Shown piece by piece: positions 18,842 through 29,520 of a stretch of DNA of 64,000 bases (position 1 is the first letter of the stretch; the number at the start of each line of letters is the position of its first letter). Under the pieces are notes generated by a model. The model made no database searches. It was given only the letters and a program-made list of their open reading frames with translations, and was not told the origin of the DNA. The position numbers were made by a program, and so were the translations under genes. Source of the stretch: a virus; the IMG/VR virus record IMGVR_UViG_3300021093_000045, positions 1 to 64,000 of that record. One strand, 5' to 3'.

Positions 18842-19315
18842 ATGGCAAATATACCATTAGTTTATAACGTATCTTTAGTAGATATTCAAAAATTTAAAGA
18901 TTTTGGGACATTCGCCAATAACTTTGATGAGTTTGGAAATCTAAAACAAGTGTATTCTGTTAGTCAATCGGTAAGTGGTAGTTTAAATTACGTAAATCTT
19001 CCTTTGAAAGCATTTGTGTATAATGAATCAAAAATTGAAGATACAAATACATTAGATTTTACAGAATTACAAACTCCTGCCGCCGCTGATAATAGAAATA
19101 TCAATACGGTAATAGAAGAATATAATAAAGCCATAGCTGAAAATCGTATTTTGAACGAAACTATAAATGAATTGGTTACAAAATATGAAGATAGTGATGA
19201 TAAACAAGTTATTGCTGCTATGAAAAGCGAAATTATTAATCTTAGAATCGAACTGGGACAGGGGAATGCAGCGTCTGATTTTGGAGATGACTTCCCGTTT
19301 TTACCACTAATATAA
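18842..19315 (+). CDS. hypothetical structural protein with coiled coil
   Basis: Tightly coupled ORF in the baseplate operon. Confidence 0.75.
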   Translation: MANIPLVYNVSLVDIQKFKDFGTFANNFDEFGNLKQVYSVSQSVSGSLNYVNLPLKAFVYNESKIEDTNTLDFTELQTPAAADNRNINTVIEEYNKAIAENRILNETINELVTKYEDSDDKQVIAAMKSEIINLRIELGQGNAASDFGDDFPFLPLI

Positions 19316-19316
19316 T

Positions 19317-22300
19317 ATGCCTTACAATTATTTGACAATTGATGAAAATGGATCAAATACAGGTTTAGTGAGTGCTTCGTATTTCGATACAGAACTTCAA
19401 TCTTTGTACGAACAATCATACCTGACCAATGAAATATTTTTTGGTGATTCTGATGATGATTTAGTTGAATTCAGTCTATACAATTCTGAACAAGAACCTT
19501 TAGCATTTAATAGAATTATTCCTAACGTTACGTATAATGTAATTCAGGGAGATTATTTAGATATAAATGGTCAATCAAAAAACTATAGAATTTTAAATCC
19601 TAATACAAATATTCTCAGATTTGGTGATAACATGCTGTTACACCCACAATTTGATTTGAGATTTAATGAAGTAAGTCCAGGTCTATATTATCTTTTATAT
19701 AATCCAATACGTAATATTGCGGGTAATACCAATACACGTTTGGTTATTAAAGAAATCTCACCAAGCAGAACAGAATTAAGACTTTCATTTGCATTTAATA
19801 AAAATATCAGTGAATCAAATAGATTAACCTCAATTAAAACATCAGCATTTGCTAGTAAAAAATATTTGTTCTTGCAGCTTGGAGATAATTTGAAAAAGAT
19901 CATAAATAACAATCCTCTTTCAAGCAATTTCTATATTAGAAACCAAGATTTTCAATCAAATATTATAAAGATTTGTCAAAATCTTGGGTTTAAAAGTGAA
20001 GCAGATTTGTTACAATTCATAATTGATAGTTACACTGGTTTTGATAAGGTACTTGTTTTAAATAGAAATGAAAATACAGATGTACTTTCATATCAATCAG
20101 TAAAGTTTACTGGTATTGCTGACCAATTAAAGAATTTCATTTATCAATATAACGATTTAGAATTTTCCGCTGACGAAATTCAATTGGCAATAAAAACTAT
20201 AGTAACAAAGATTTCTCAAGATAGAATTGTACAAAAAACATCATTAAATCCGATTGATTTGCAAGATGCTGTAGACTTTTTTGTACAAGTTATATATGAA
20301 GATTGGTTACAACCACAAACATCAGACTTACTAACTAACTATAGTATCAGATTTTTTGGATTATACAAAAATGCTTTGAATTTTGATAATGGAAATTTAG
20401 TAAAGATTTTATCTCACACAAGTTACTTTAATTCAATTGAGGGTGTTAATAATGTACAAATCAAATTAGATTCACCATTACCAACTGAATATAATCTCAA
20501 GACAACATGTTGGATATCTAATATTTCTATAGCACCATTATACTTTAAAGTAAACATGTATGCTGATTCGGTATCTCGTAAGGTATATTTGAATGGAGTT
20601 AATTTTTCTGTAAAAGTTCCGACAATTGCGGCATCCAATGATACATTCTCAAATATAGATCAAAACTCTTTGTTTTATGCAAAATCAAGATTAAAACAAA
20701 AGATTAATGATTTGTTGATTGATTATAATGATTTTAATAATTTTATAAATTATTCTTCTGCTGAGTTGAGAACAAAGATTGCAAAGAATAAAATTATTCA
20801 ATATGTTGGTCTAGATACTTCTAAAGAACAAGTATCTACTCGAGCAAGTAATTCAAGTCCTTCAATTTCGTCGTCTTTATCTGAAAGATTTAATGTTTTA
20901 ACTCAAGATCAAATTAACATACTAAACACATTTGATGAATATGAATCATATTTGTTCTTCAATACGTCTAGTATAGATGATAAAATTCAAGAGGGTATAT
21001 CATATGATAAAGACAACTATGATAGTTTATTAAATCAGTTGCCTGCTTATTTAAAGAATGATCCACAATCTGAAGATTATATAAAATTTACATCGATGGT
21101 TGGTCACTTTTTCGATAATATCTTAGTATACATTAAAAAGTTTCCAAGAGCTTATCCAATATCATACAATGACAGCAATGATTATCCAAAAAATTACATC
21201 GAAGAACTATTAAATTCATTTAACTGGAATTTAGATAACGTTAAATTTGAAAAGAGTGATATACGTCAACTTTTATTCAATAATACCGAATACACAGGTT
21301 CACTTTCATCTTCTTACTTTGATTATGCCAAATCTATATTAAATAGATTTACCAATAATTTAAGTGGTGTATATAAAACAAAAGGAACTGGTACGTCATA
21401 TGAATTGATTAGAAGTATATTTGGTGTGTCATCTGACTTAATACAGCCTGTAGAATATGGAAGTAGTGATGTTTTTGTAAATAGACAAGTATTCTATGAC
21501 TTTGATGATATTATATACATGTCCAAATTTACAAACAACGAGTATATAAAATTTAATTATACTGGCAGCGAATTTAAATTGGTACCTTCTGGAAATGCAT
21601 ATTCACAAAGTGCAAGTACTGGTATAACACAATCTTTTAGAGAAGTGTTTACAGGTCTATCCGCTTTAGAATTATCATTTAAATTCAAAATTAAAAATTA
21701 TGATTTTTTAGACCGTATTCCACTAATTAAGAAACAGCGAAATGGTACCGATTGGCAAATTTATGTTAAGAAGTCTATACAGAAAGAAAGTGGTCAATTA
21801 ATATTTAATTTCCAACCTTATGAATCTAATGAAGCTATTAATATAGTGTTACCAGAATTGCCTTTACTCAATGGTGACGTATATACTTTGTTATTATCAA
21901 GAGAATTAGCTCCAATCGCATTTGATATACCGGAAACTATTATCAATAGCAGTGCACTAACTCAGTCTATAACATCGTCTACGGCTGAAAAATATGCACC
22001 ATATGTGTACACATTAGCTGTTAATCAATATTATGGAAGCCAATTAAATTTTACTGCAAAAAAGACATCAACAGTATTATACGAATATAATCAGTTTTTC
22101 TCAAGCGGTAGTTATCATGTTGGTAATTTTTTAACCACAACTAAATTTGTAGGAAATATTGATAAAATCAAAGTTTATTTGGATCCTATCTCTCAAGATA
22201 ATTTTAATGAACATTCATATAATATCAATTCATTTTCTATAGATGATAAGAGTAGAGAGTATGAAAATGCTAGGTATGTTTGGAGTTTTGATACTCCTAT

Positions 22301-23759
22301 CAGCCTGTACACAACCGCATCTGGAAAGTTAGTACCAAATCAAAACCCTTATTATAAAGATTTTTTCACAGCTGTAAATTTTCCAGCACAAATTAAAAAT
22401 GTTGGTTATCCTGTATGTAAACCTATGGAAGTAACAGACTTTCCATATCAATTTGAAAAGTTGTCATTAAAACAAACTATTAATTCAAATAAATTTGGTC
22501 CAAATTATAGAAATAATAGTAAGATTAATAAAATCGATTTGAAATTGGATACTAATTTAGTTCCATCTGAGGAATCCGCATATACAACAGATGTACTTGG
22601 TGCGGACTCAAATGTTATTGGATATTATATCACTCCATATAACTACCTAAACACAAAGATTGAAGACTTTTTAGGCAAGGATGGTATTGCAAATATCATT
22701 GGCGATCCAGCATATTTAACACAACAAAGTTATCCAGAACTTAAAGTTTTGCAAAGGGAATTTGCTGCGTTAAATGAAAAGTACATATATCCACAAGAGT
22801 TTTTATCAACCTATAATTTTTACATAGATTTTTCTATTTTTGATTTTATTAAGAAAATAACTCCACAAAGAGCTACTTTAAAACGTGGTATATTATTAGA
22901 ACCATCAGTATTTGAACGTCAAAAATTCAACTATAGAAACGTTGAAGTCACCGCTTTAAATCCTGATAACGCTTTGGTCTCTTCATCTAGTTTAATAACA
23001 TTTAATAACTACGCTACACTTACATCGTCCTTAACTAATACCGAGAGTACATCAAGTTACGGAGTTTTAAGATTGCTTGAGACTAATGATATTGATATTG
23101 ATCACGATCAATATAATTATTCGATGTTTGAAATTCCATCTGAATTTGACTCTAGAGACTTTGTTTATAGTAAATATGGTAAAGATGTAGGTATAGATAA
23201 TGATGGTCCATATATCAAAGATTTAGCTAAGGTGAATGATAATCAATATTATTTGATGACAAATAATAGATTACCTTCTCTGGTAGCATTTTCGTCTAGC
23301 TTTTACAGAGTTACTCAAATTGGATCTGGATCTATAACAGGTAGTAGTATTTATAAAGATTTGTATAAAGGAGACTTAAATTCCGGATATTCAAAACGTC
23401 ACTTAAGCAAATTTGTATTTGCAGGATCTAGAACCAAATATAGGGCCGTAAGTGGTTCTATTTATAAAATTATCAATGGTGTAAAATTGGACAAAAATGC
23501 TTCTTTAACATATTATACATTTACCAAGGGTAAAAATGATTATACTCGTACCGTAAATAGAAGTGGTTTGCCGAATGGTTCATCTCCAATTATAACTATA
23601 CCTGGTTATTTATCTCTACAAGTCACTAGTAGTACTTTTACCAAATATGGTAAATTGACTGGGTCTATATCAAGTCCTCAGTCAATATTTGTACAACAAC
23701 CACTTACCGCATCGATATATACAAGTTCAAGTTTAGACACGTACATAATGAATTTATAA
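19317..23759 (+). CDS. large baseplate protein (gp7-like wedge region)
   Basis: EISPSRTELR; LP.YL...F..MVGHFFD...KTKGT motif typical of gp7/P2 gpI-like wedge subunits; 1480 aa. Confidence 0.7.
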   Translation: MPYNYLTIDENGSNTGLVSASYFDTELQSLYEQSYLTNEIFFGDSDDDLVEFSLYNSEQEPLAFNRIIPNVTYNVIQGDYLDINGQSKNYRILNPNTNILRFGDNMLLHPQFDLRFNEVSPGLYYLLYNPIRNIAGNTNTRLVIKEISPSRTELRLSFAFNKNISESNRLTSIKTSAFASKKYLFLQLGDNLKKIINNNPLSSNFYIRNQDFQSNIIKICQNLGFKSEADLLQFIIDSYTGFDKVLVLNRNENTDVLSYQSVKFTGIADQLKNFIYQYNDLEFSADEIQLAIKTIVTKISQDRIVQKTSLNPIDLQDAVDFFVQVIYEDWLQPQTSDLLTNYSIRFFGLYKNALNFDNGNLVKILSHTSYFNSIEGVNNVQIKLDSPLPTEYNLKTTCWISNISIAPLYFKVNMYADSVSRKVYLNGVNFSVKVPTIAASNDTFSNIDQNSLFYAKSRLKQKINDLLIDYNDFNNFINYSSAELRTKIAKNKIIQYVGLDTSKEQVSTRASNSSPSISSSLSERFNVLTQDQINILNTFDEYESYLFFNTSSIDDKIQEGISYDKDNYDSLLNQLPAYLKNDPQSEDYIKFTSMVGHFFDNILVYIKKFPRAYPISYNDSNDYPKNYIEELLNSFNWNLDNVKFEKSDIRQLLFNNTEYTGSLSSSYFDYAKSILNRFTNNLSGVYKTKGTGTSYELIRSIFGVSSDLIQPVEYGSSDVFVNRQVFYDFDDIIYMSKFTNNEYIKFNYTGSEFKLVPSGNAYSQSASTGITQSFREVFTGLSALELSFKFKIKNYDFLDRIPLIKKQRNGTDWQIYVKKSIQKESGQLIFNFQPYESNEAINIVLPELPLLNGDVYTLLLSRELAPIAFDIPETIINSSALTQSITSSTAEKYAPYVYTLAVNQYYGSQLNFTAKKTSTVLYEYNQFFSSGSYHVGNFLTTTKFVGNIDKIKVYLDPISQDNFNEHSYNINSFSIDDKSREYENARYVWSFDTPISLYTTASGKLVPNQNPYYKDFFTAVNFPAQIKNVGYPVCKPMEVTDFPYQFEKLSLKQTINSNKFGPNYRNNSKINKIDLKLDTNLVPSEESAYTTDVLGADSNVIGYYITPYNYLNTKIEDFLGKDGIANIIGDPAYLTQQSYPELKVLQREFAALNEKYIYPQEFLSTYNFYIDFSIFDFIKKITPQRATLKRGILLEPSVFERQKFNYRNVEVTALNPDNALVSSSSLITFNNYATLTSSLTNTESTSSYGVLRLLETNDIDIDHDQYNYSMFEIPSEFDSRDFVYSKYGKDVGIDNDGPYIKDLAKVNDNQYYLMTNNRLPSLVAFSSSFYRVTQIGSGSITGSSIYKDLYKGDLNSGYSKRHLSKFVFAGSRTKYRAVSGSIYKIINGVKLDKNASLTYYTFTKGKNDYTRTVNRSGLPNGSSPIITIPGYLSLQVTSSTFTKYGKLTGSISSPQSIFVQQPLTASIYTSSSLDTYIMNL

Positions 23760-23805
23760 TTACAAATTTCGATAAAAAACTAAAACTTTGATATAATTAT
23801 TATAT

Positions 23806-24444
23806 ATGGCATATTTAGATAACAATGTTCTTACGGTAAACGCCGTTCTCACCAAGAAAGGTAGAGAAATTTTAGCAAAAACTGGTGGTTTAAATATCAC
23901 AGCATTTGCTTTATCCGACGATGAAATTGATTATACTCAATTTAATCCAAATCATCCACAAGGAAGTGCTTTTTACGATATAGCTATTCGTAATACACCA
24001 GTTATGGAACCTATTACCGACGAATCACAACTTATGAAATATAAGTTGGTCACATTGAATGATGGTGTAACAGCTGTACCTACAATCAATTTGAATATTT
24101 CCAGTATTAATGTACCAAGAGATTTTACCGGGGAAATATTGTTGAGTCCAAGTACAAATCCAACATACAATGTAACACTAGGATACACTGCAATTTTGGC
24201 AAATAAGAATGTTGGTACTTTGGTTGTTACAGAAACTAATAGTATAAATTCTACAACTGCTACAGTTCCAACATTTGCTGGAGATTTGGCATCCAATACT
24301 TCTCAAGCCGTCGTGGGTAATAAATTTAGATTTATTCCAAACGCTTCTCTTTCTAAGACTACAACCACAAATATTACATTGATTGGTAATGAAAGTGGTG
24401 GTAATACAGCAATTAATGTTACAGTAACGGTGCCAACAACTTGA
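23806..24444 (+). CDS. baseplate/tail-collar structural protein
   Basis: AVLTKKGREILA...ITAFAL.DDEIDY resembles the N-terminus of tail-collar/gp8-like proteins. Confidence 0.7.
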   Translation: MAYLDNNVLTVNAVLTKKGREILAKTGGLNITAFALSDDEIDYTQFNPNHPQGSAFYDIAIRNTPVMEPITDESQLMKYKLVTLNDGVTAVPTINLNISSINVPRDFTGEILLSPSTNPTYNVTLGYTAILANKNVGTLVVTETNSINSTTATVPTFAGDLASNTSQAVVGNKFRFIPNASLSKTTTTNITLIGNESGGNTAINVTVTVPTT

Positions 24445-24450
24445 TAAATT

Positions 24451-25548
24451 ATGATATTCAGTCAATTTACAAACGATGATATAGTAGCAGGTAGAATTAA
24501 CCAAGTCTCATCTGGTATGTTCGGAACAGGCGATTTACAAGTTAGTCAATCGCTATTTACTACATCATCAACACAAGGTCGTCAGTTAACTGGCTCGACA
24601 CCATACGATGTAAAAAATGGCCAGTATTATGTGGATGTTTATTATGACTCCGAACAATATTTTTCAGTTGCTTATGGAGATTATGCTAATAGTGGTAGTT
24701 CAAAATTCAGTTGGCCAGGCAATGCCGTCCCAGTATTAACTAACGAAACAAAAGTTATTTATACTCAATATAAGAATACACTATTACAACCAGGTGATTC
24801 ACTATTTAGTTTTGCATCTGGTAGCGTAGATAATCCAGTTGATAGTGAAGCAATTTTTGCTGTTAACTATTCGGCTGATAAGTTTAAAGATCAAATCGAT
24901 CCGGGTCAAATTCAATTTAATTTAAGTGGTGCAAATGGCGTTTATTCGTATATCGACGATTCACAAGTTGTAAATAAATCACTCGGCGTATATAATCTTA
25001 TTTCAGGATCAGTTATCAATGGCCTACCAACTCCTTATTTGAAAAATAATAGTCCTGTTTATGAAGGTATTGGGTTGTTTTATCCAACCAATGGTATTGT
25101 TATATTTAATGCATTAACACTACAAACAAGAGTTGGTGTAATCACAACATTTAATAGAACAATTGCTTCAGGTACAAATGAATATTCAACCCAAGTTCTG
25201 GGTAATTGGAGAGTTTGGACAAGAGACTTTTTTAAATCACTTAAAGGTACTAACAAATTAATGAGTGTAAGAAAGAGTGAATTTGTTCCATCATCAAACT
25301 ACTTCGTTCGTATTAAAAATAGACAATTTAACTATAGTAATAATCCAACATTTGTGTCTGATGGCACAGATGGACTTACCAAAGGTACTATTATTTATCA
25401 AGATTTAATAAATAATCCTCGTACATATATCACTTCGGTTGGACTATACAATGTAAACAATGAATTACTAGCAATTGGTAAGCTAAGTAAACCAACACAA
25501 AAATCATTTGATAATGAATTGTTGATTAAAGTAAGAATTGACTTTTAA
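24451..25548 (+). CDS. baseplate/tail-collar structural protein
   Basis: C-terminal YIT.VGLYN..NELLAIGKLSKP..K......IKVRIDF tail-collar-like domain. Confidence 0.75.
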   Translation: MIFSQFTNDDIVAGRINQVSSGMFGTGDLQVSQSLFTTSSTQGRQLTGSTPYDVKNGQYYVDVYYDSEQYFSVAYGDYANSGSSKFSWPGNAVPVLTNETKVIYTQYKNTLLQPGDSLFSFASGSVDNPVDSEAIFAVNYSADKFKDQIDPGQIQFNLSGANGVYSYIDDSQVVNKSLGVYNLISGSVINGLPTPYLKNNSPVYEGIGLFYPTNGIVIFNALTLQTRVGVITTFNRTIASGTNEYSTQVLGNWRVWTRDFFKSLKGTNKLMSVRKSEFVPSSNYFVRIKNRQFNYSNNPTFVSDGTDGLTKGTIIYQDLINNPRTYITSVGLYNVNNELLAIGKLSKPTQKSFDNELLIKVRIDF

Positions 25549-25578
25549 TTATCAATAAATCCTCCTATTTATATTGGG

Positions 25579-27189
25579 ATGATTAAATTTTTTAAAAACG
25601 AAGATATTCTTGTAACGGCATTTTCTATAGCATCTCCTAAGGTTGTTAACAATATCGTTACAAATTTAATTGCCGGCAACGATAGCGATGACAACTATTT
25701 TCCAATATCATTGTTAAATGATGAATGTGATTACAATGTTTCCGGTAGTTGTGCGACATCAGTAATTGACCAATCATATCTTGCTGAATCACAATATAGC
25801 GGTGTTATTCCAAATTTTGAAATTGGCAAGTACATAACAGCTAGTGCGGTTTTTTATCCAAAAGAAAGTCAGTTTTATAATGTTAAAACGAATCCAACAA
25901 ATTCCGTAGGCACTTATCAGGGTCAAGTTTATAATACAATCAAAAATATGTATTATAACTCTTATAACAATTCTTATAATATATTTGGATTTGATGGTTA
26001 TGATATTTCAAAAGCCAAATTAAATCTGACCAACGAATTTTCTTTATTTAGTTTTGCGCCGTCACAAGCGGGCGACAGAATAAAACCTGGATCAGTGCGA
26101 ATTAATAACCAAAGTGGTGATATAATTGGTTATATAGTTGATGATAGTAATTATAACCTATTCCTATCTGGAAGTTATTTCATAGACTATTTTAGTTTTA
26201 ATTCAAATAGTGATTTAATCACACAAGGATGTTGCGGTTTATCTAGCGTCATAAGTCCAACACCAGCTTATTGTAGTACGCCGGTACCTACACCAACACC
26301 AACGCCTACACCTACACCAACACCTACACCAACACCAACACCAACGCCTACACCAACACCAACGCCTACACCAACACCAACACCAACACCAACGCCAACA
26401 CCAACACCAACGCCTACACCAACACCAACACCAACACCAACGCCAACGCCTACACCAACACCAACGCCTACACCAACACCAACGCCTACACCAACACCAA
26501 CGCCTACACCTACACCAACGCCTACACCTACACCAACGCCTACACCTACACCAACGCCTACACCAACGCCTACACCAACGCCTACACCTACACCAACACC
26601 AACTCCTACACCAACGCCTACACCTACACCAACGCCTACACCTACACCAACGCCTACACCTACACCAACGCCAACACCAACACCAACTCCTACACCAAGT
26701 CCTGCTCCAACAAGTTTTGTTTTGGACATTCAATTAAGTAATGCAAATGGATGTTCCGATTCTTATATACAAACTACAATAAATCAATTTAATGGTGGGG
26801 ATGGTGCTGCATTAGCAGAAAATATTGGAACACAAGCTTCAACTCCTACTTATGGTACTTTATATACAGGTCTTGCAGTTTCATCGTTTAATGTGACATT
26901 TTTGGATAATTGCGTTAATGATGTATATAATGGAAATAATACTTTAGCCGTCGAAGTAGAAAGAAATTCTTGTCAGTGGGAAGCCTATGGAGATCCCGTT
27001 CAATATAGATGTAAAGGATCACCGGGAGCAGACCCATGTGAAGGATTATGTTGTACATTATATGAACCAGATGATGCTTTAAATCCTTTTAATTTAACTC
27101 TTTCCGCGTTAGCGTTTAAAATAAAATTGCTTTATAATGAGGATCCTTTAAGAGCTACTTATCCTGTGGTATTAACTGTTGGATATTAA
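25579..27189 (+). CDS. structural protein with (Pro-Thr)68 stalk and Cys-rich C-terminal domain
   Basis: N-terminal domain similar to 24451 (IKPGSV...IVDD), then a 136-aa PT tract and a Cys-rich tip. Confidence 0.85.
   Translation: MIKFFKNEDILVTAFSIASPKVVNNIVTNLIAGNDSDDNYFPISLLNDECDYNVSGSCATSVIDQSYLAESQYSGVIPNFEIGKYITASAVFYPKESQFYNVKTNPTNSVGTYQGQVYNTIKNMYYNSYNNSYNIFGFDGYDISKAKLNLTNEFSLFSFAPSQAGDRIKPGSVRINNQSGDIIGYIVDDSNYNLFLSGSYFIDYFSFNSNSDLITQGCCGLSSVISPTPAYCSTPVPTPTPTPTPTPTPTPTPTPTPTPTPTPTPTPTPTPTPTPTPTPTPTPTPTPTPTPTPTPTPTPTPTPTPTPTPTPTPTPTPTPTPTPTPTPTPTPTPTPTPTPTPTPTPTPTPTPTPTPTPTPTPTPTPTPTPTPTPSPAPTSFVLDIQLSNANGCSDSYIQTTINQFNGGDGAALAENIGTQASTPTYGTLYTGLAVSSFNVTFLDNCVNDVYNGNNTLAVEVERNSCQWEAYGDPVQYRCKGSPGADPCEGLCCTLYEPDDALNPFNLTLSALAFKIKLLYNEDPLRATYPVVLTVGY
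26287..26694 (+). repeat. 6-bp coding tandem repeat, 68 Pro-Thr dipeptides
   Basis: CC(A/T)AC(A/G/T) units with synonymous variation only. Confidence 0.97.
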
Positions 27190-27303
27190 TTGTTTTTAAT
27201 ATGATTACAATATGATGCAAATCCAGCAACTACTCATTTCGTTATCGAATTAAATGATAGTTAATTAAAAATAAAATTTATTGAGTTTTAATACTATAAT
27301 TTT

Positions 27304-28020
27304 ATGATACCAAAAATAATACATCAAACTGCACCTTATAAAAAAAGTCAATGGCATCCTGTTTGGAATATTTGTCTACCTACTTGGCAATTACACTTTC
27401 CTGATTTTGAACATAAAATCTGGACTGATTCTGATATAGATGAATTTGTTAAAACTAACTACCCACAGTATGTTGAATTATATAATTCATATCCACATAT
27501 TTTGTGTAAAATAGATTTTACTAGATTTTTAATATTACACAAATATGGCGGTATATTTTCTGATATGGATATATTTGTTGTTAAAAATTTTTATGATGCT
27601 TTACAACCAAATGGTATAAGTATACTAGAATCTAACTACTTAAAAGACGGATTACAAAGTTGTTTCATGGTATCAGATAAAAATAATGACACCTGGATTG
27701 ATGTAGTAAATGCTGCAAAAATTATTGCCGAAACTTCTACGTTAATAAACGATTTAAAACAAGCTCTTGCTGATCCTAAAAAATTCTCATCTGTAGGTAA
27801 TATTATATTAAGTCTTACGTCGGATATTTTTTTAACAAAAATATCTGAGAAGTTTCATAAATTACCAAAATCTGTTTTTAATCCTGTACATAACACGGTT
27901 GAATGGTCTTCAAAAGATGTTTATATAAAACATGTTATGACTGGCAAATGGGCAGATGGATGTGATGCTGGTAAAATTGAATCGTATATACATTTAAAAG
28001 ATAGAATAAAAGTTTTATGA
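27304..28020 (+). CDS. glycosyltransferase, GT32/Och1-like DXD family
   Basis: IPKIIHQT, WTD..I..F, DF.RF.ILHKYGGIFSDMD. Confidence 0.92.
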   Translation: MIPKIIHQTAPYKKSQWHPVWNICLPTWQLHFPDFEHKIWTDSDIDEFVKTNYPQYVELYNSYPHILCKIDFTRFLILHKYGGIFSDMDIFVVKNFYDALQPNGISILESNYLKDGLQSCFMVSDKNNDTWIDVVNAAKIIAETSTLINDLKQALADPKKFSSVGNIILSLTSDIFLTKISEKFHKLPKSVFNPVHNTVEWSSKDVYIKHVMTGKWADGCDAGKIESYIHLKDRIKVL

Positions 28021-28565
28021 ATATAAATACAGAAATGTCTGTTGATTTTTTTAATGAATATGGGTTTGCTTATTTAGAAAACATCATTTCAGAAGATTTG
28101 TGTAATAAATTTACAAGTATAATGTTAGATTTAAAAGAAAAGAATAAATTAGCATTTGAAAATATATCAAATGCTGATATGTATAAAAATTCGTATGGTC
28201 AGGGTGGAATTGCCGAGATGGAAGAGTTTCTTCAAAAATTGACACTTCCGATATCCGATGTACTGAGTTTGAAAATTAAACCATCAAATACATACGCTAG
28301 AATATATTATAATGGAAGTACATTGAAGCCACATGTTGATAGACCAGGATTAGACTATACAATGTCGGTCACCTTGTTTTCCAATTTAAAAAGTGAATGG
28401 CCATTGATTGCGGTTGATAAATTGGGAAAAGAGATTAGATGTAACATTAATCGTAAAGATGGATTGTTGATACATGGTACTGAAATGAATCATTGGAGGG
28501 AAGATTTAACCTGTGCGGACGATGAGTATGTAATTCAAATGTTTTTACACTGGAGTAGAATTTAA
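28017..28565 (+). CDS. 2OG-Fe(II) oxygenase superfamily protein
   Basis: YARIY..G..L..HVDRP (HxD), HWR, Q.FLHW. Confidence 0.88.
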   Translation: MNINTEMSVDFFNEYGFAYLENIISEDLCNKFTSIMLDLKEKNKLAFENISNADMYKNSYGQGGIAEMEEFLQKLTLPISDVLSLKIKPSNTYARIYYNGSTLKPHVDRPGLDYTMSVTLFSNLKSEWPLIAVDKLGKEIRCNINRKDGLLIHGTEMNHWREDLTCADDEYVIQMFLHWSRI

Positions 28566-29386
28566 CGTTCTCTAAACCACTTTGTTATTATAATTTTTTC
28601 TCCTTTTATTACAGGCATACCACAATGAAGCGAGTTGAAGTTTCCTGTATTATCCGATAGAATGTTTTTCCAAATTAAAGCGTCTCCTTTAGATGGAAAG
28701 AATTCTTTATCAATCTTTGGAAATTTAGTACTACCACCTTCTTCCACATCGTTTAAATAAATCATAAATGTCCATGTGCGTTGACCTTTTGATTCTACAT
28801 ATTTCTTATTATACTCTTCGTTGAGATGAAAGTAATCTGTGTGGGGTTTGAATTCTTGACCAACAAGATATTTTTGTCCCTGCGGAACTTCACCTAGTTC
28901 TAGTGGTATTTGTATAAAGTCATGAATTTTTTGGTTTATATCACCAAAAAGTTTGTTGTTCAACATCATGTTGCATGTTGAACTTGTTCTTTCATATTTG
29001 TTCGCATTTGGATTTGTGATGGTCGATGGTGCAAAATTGCTACCCAGTTCCTCTATTAAAGAATCACATTCTTGATTGGCTAAGAAGTTATAAACTCGGT
29101 ATATTTCTAAGTTGTTGGTTTCTATTCTAAATACCTTTGGGTTATCAGCCAAAGGTTTATATAGTATTCCCAAATCTACATCTTTGTCCATATTTAATGT
29201 GGACTGAGTAAGTCTACGATCTGTGATTTTTTTATTTTGGGGATATACATCCAGTTCTTTTTGGATTAGATCATATTGAAATCCGTGGTTCAATAAAACA
29301 TTGAAAACATCTTCCTTTGTCACTCCATTTGAAATAACGGTCCATATCCAAGCTTTCCAAGATGCATCAAATTGATCTAATATCAT
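28562..29386 (-). CDS. prolyl 4-hydroxylase (start probably 29386)
   Basis: NFL...ECD.LI, RTS, Q..KY..GQEF.PHTDYF (HxD), QR.WTFMIYLNDVEEGG.T.F, SLHCGMPV.KGEK...TKWFRER. Confidence 0.92.
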   Translation of the reverse strand: MILDQFDASWKAWIWTVISNGVTKEDVFNVLLNHGFQYDLIQKELDVYPQNKKITDRRLTQSTLNMDKDVDLGILYKPLADNPKVFRIETNNLEIYRVYNFLANQECDSLIEELGSNFAPSTITNPNANKYERTSSTCNMMLNNKLFGDINQKIHDFIQIPLELGEVPQGQKYLVGQEFKPHTDYFHLNEEYNKKYVESKGQRTWTFMIYLNDVEEGGSTKFPKIDKEFFPSKGDALIWKNILSDNTGNFNSLHCGMPVIKGEKIIITKWFRER

Positions 29387-29520
29387 ATGTATAGTATATT
29401 TAAAAATATATATAGATAAAACCAATTATAGTTGGTTACCTTAAATATTTATATTACGATGTCGAGTTTAGTATTAATTTGTGATCTAAAAGAGAACATT
29501 CTAGAGAATGTCTTTAATTT

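Noticed and set aside
26239-26733. Antisense (VG)n and W/C/R-rich ORFs; possible CRISPR or satellite array
   Set aside because: By-products of the PT codon repeat. Variation is synonymous only in the + frame, and there are no unique spacers.
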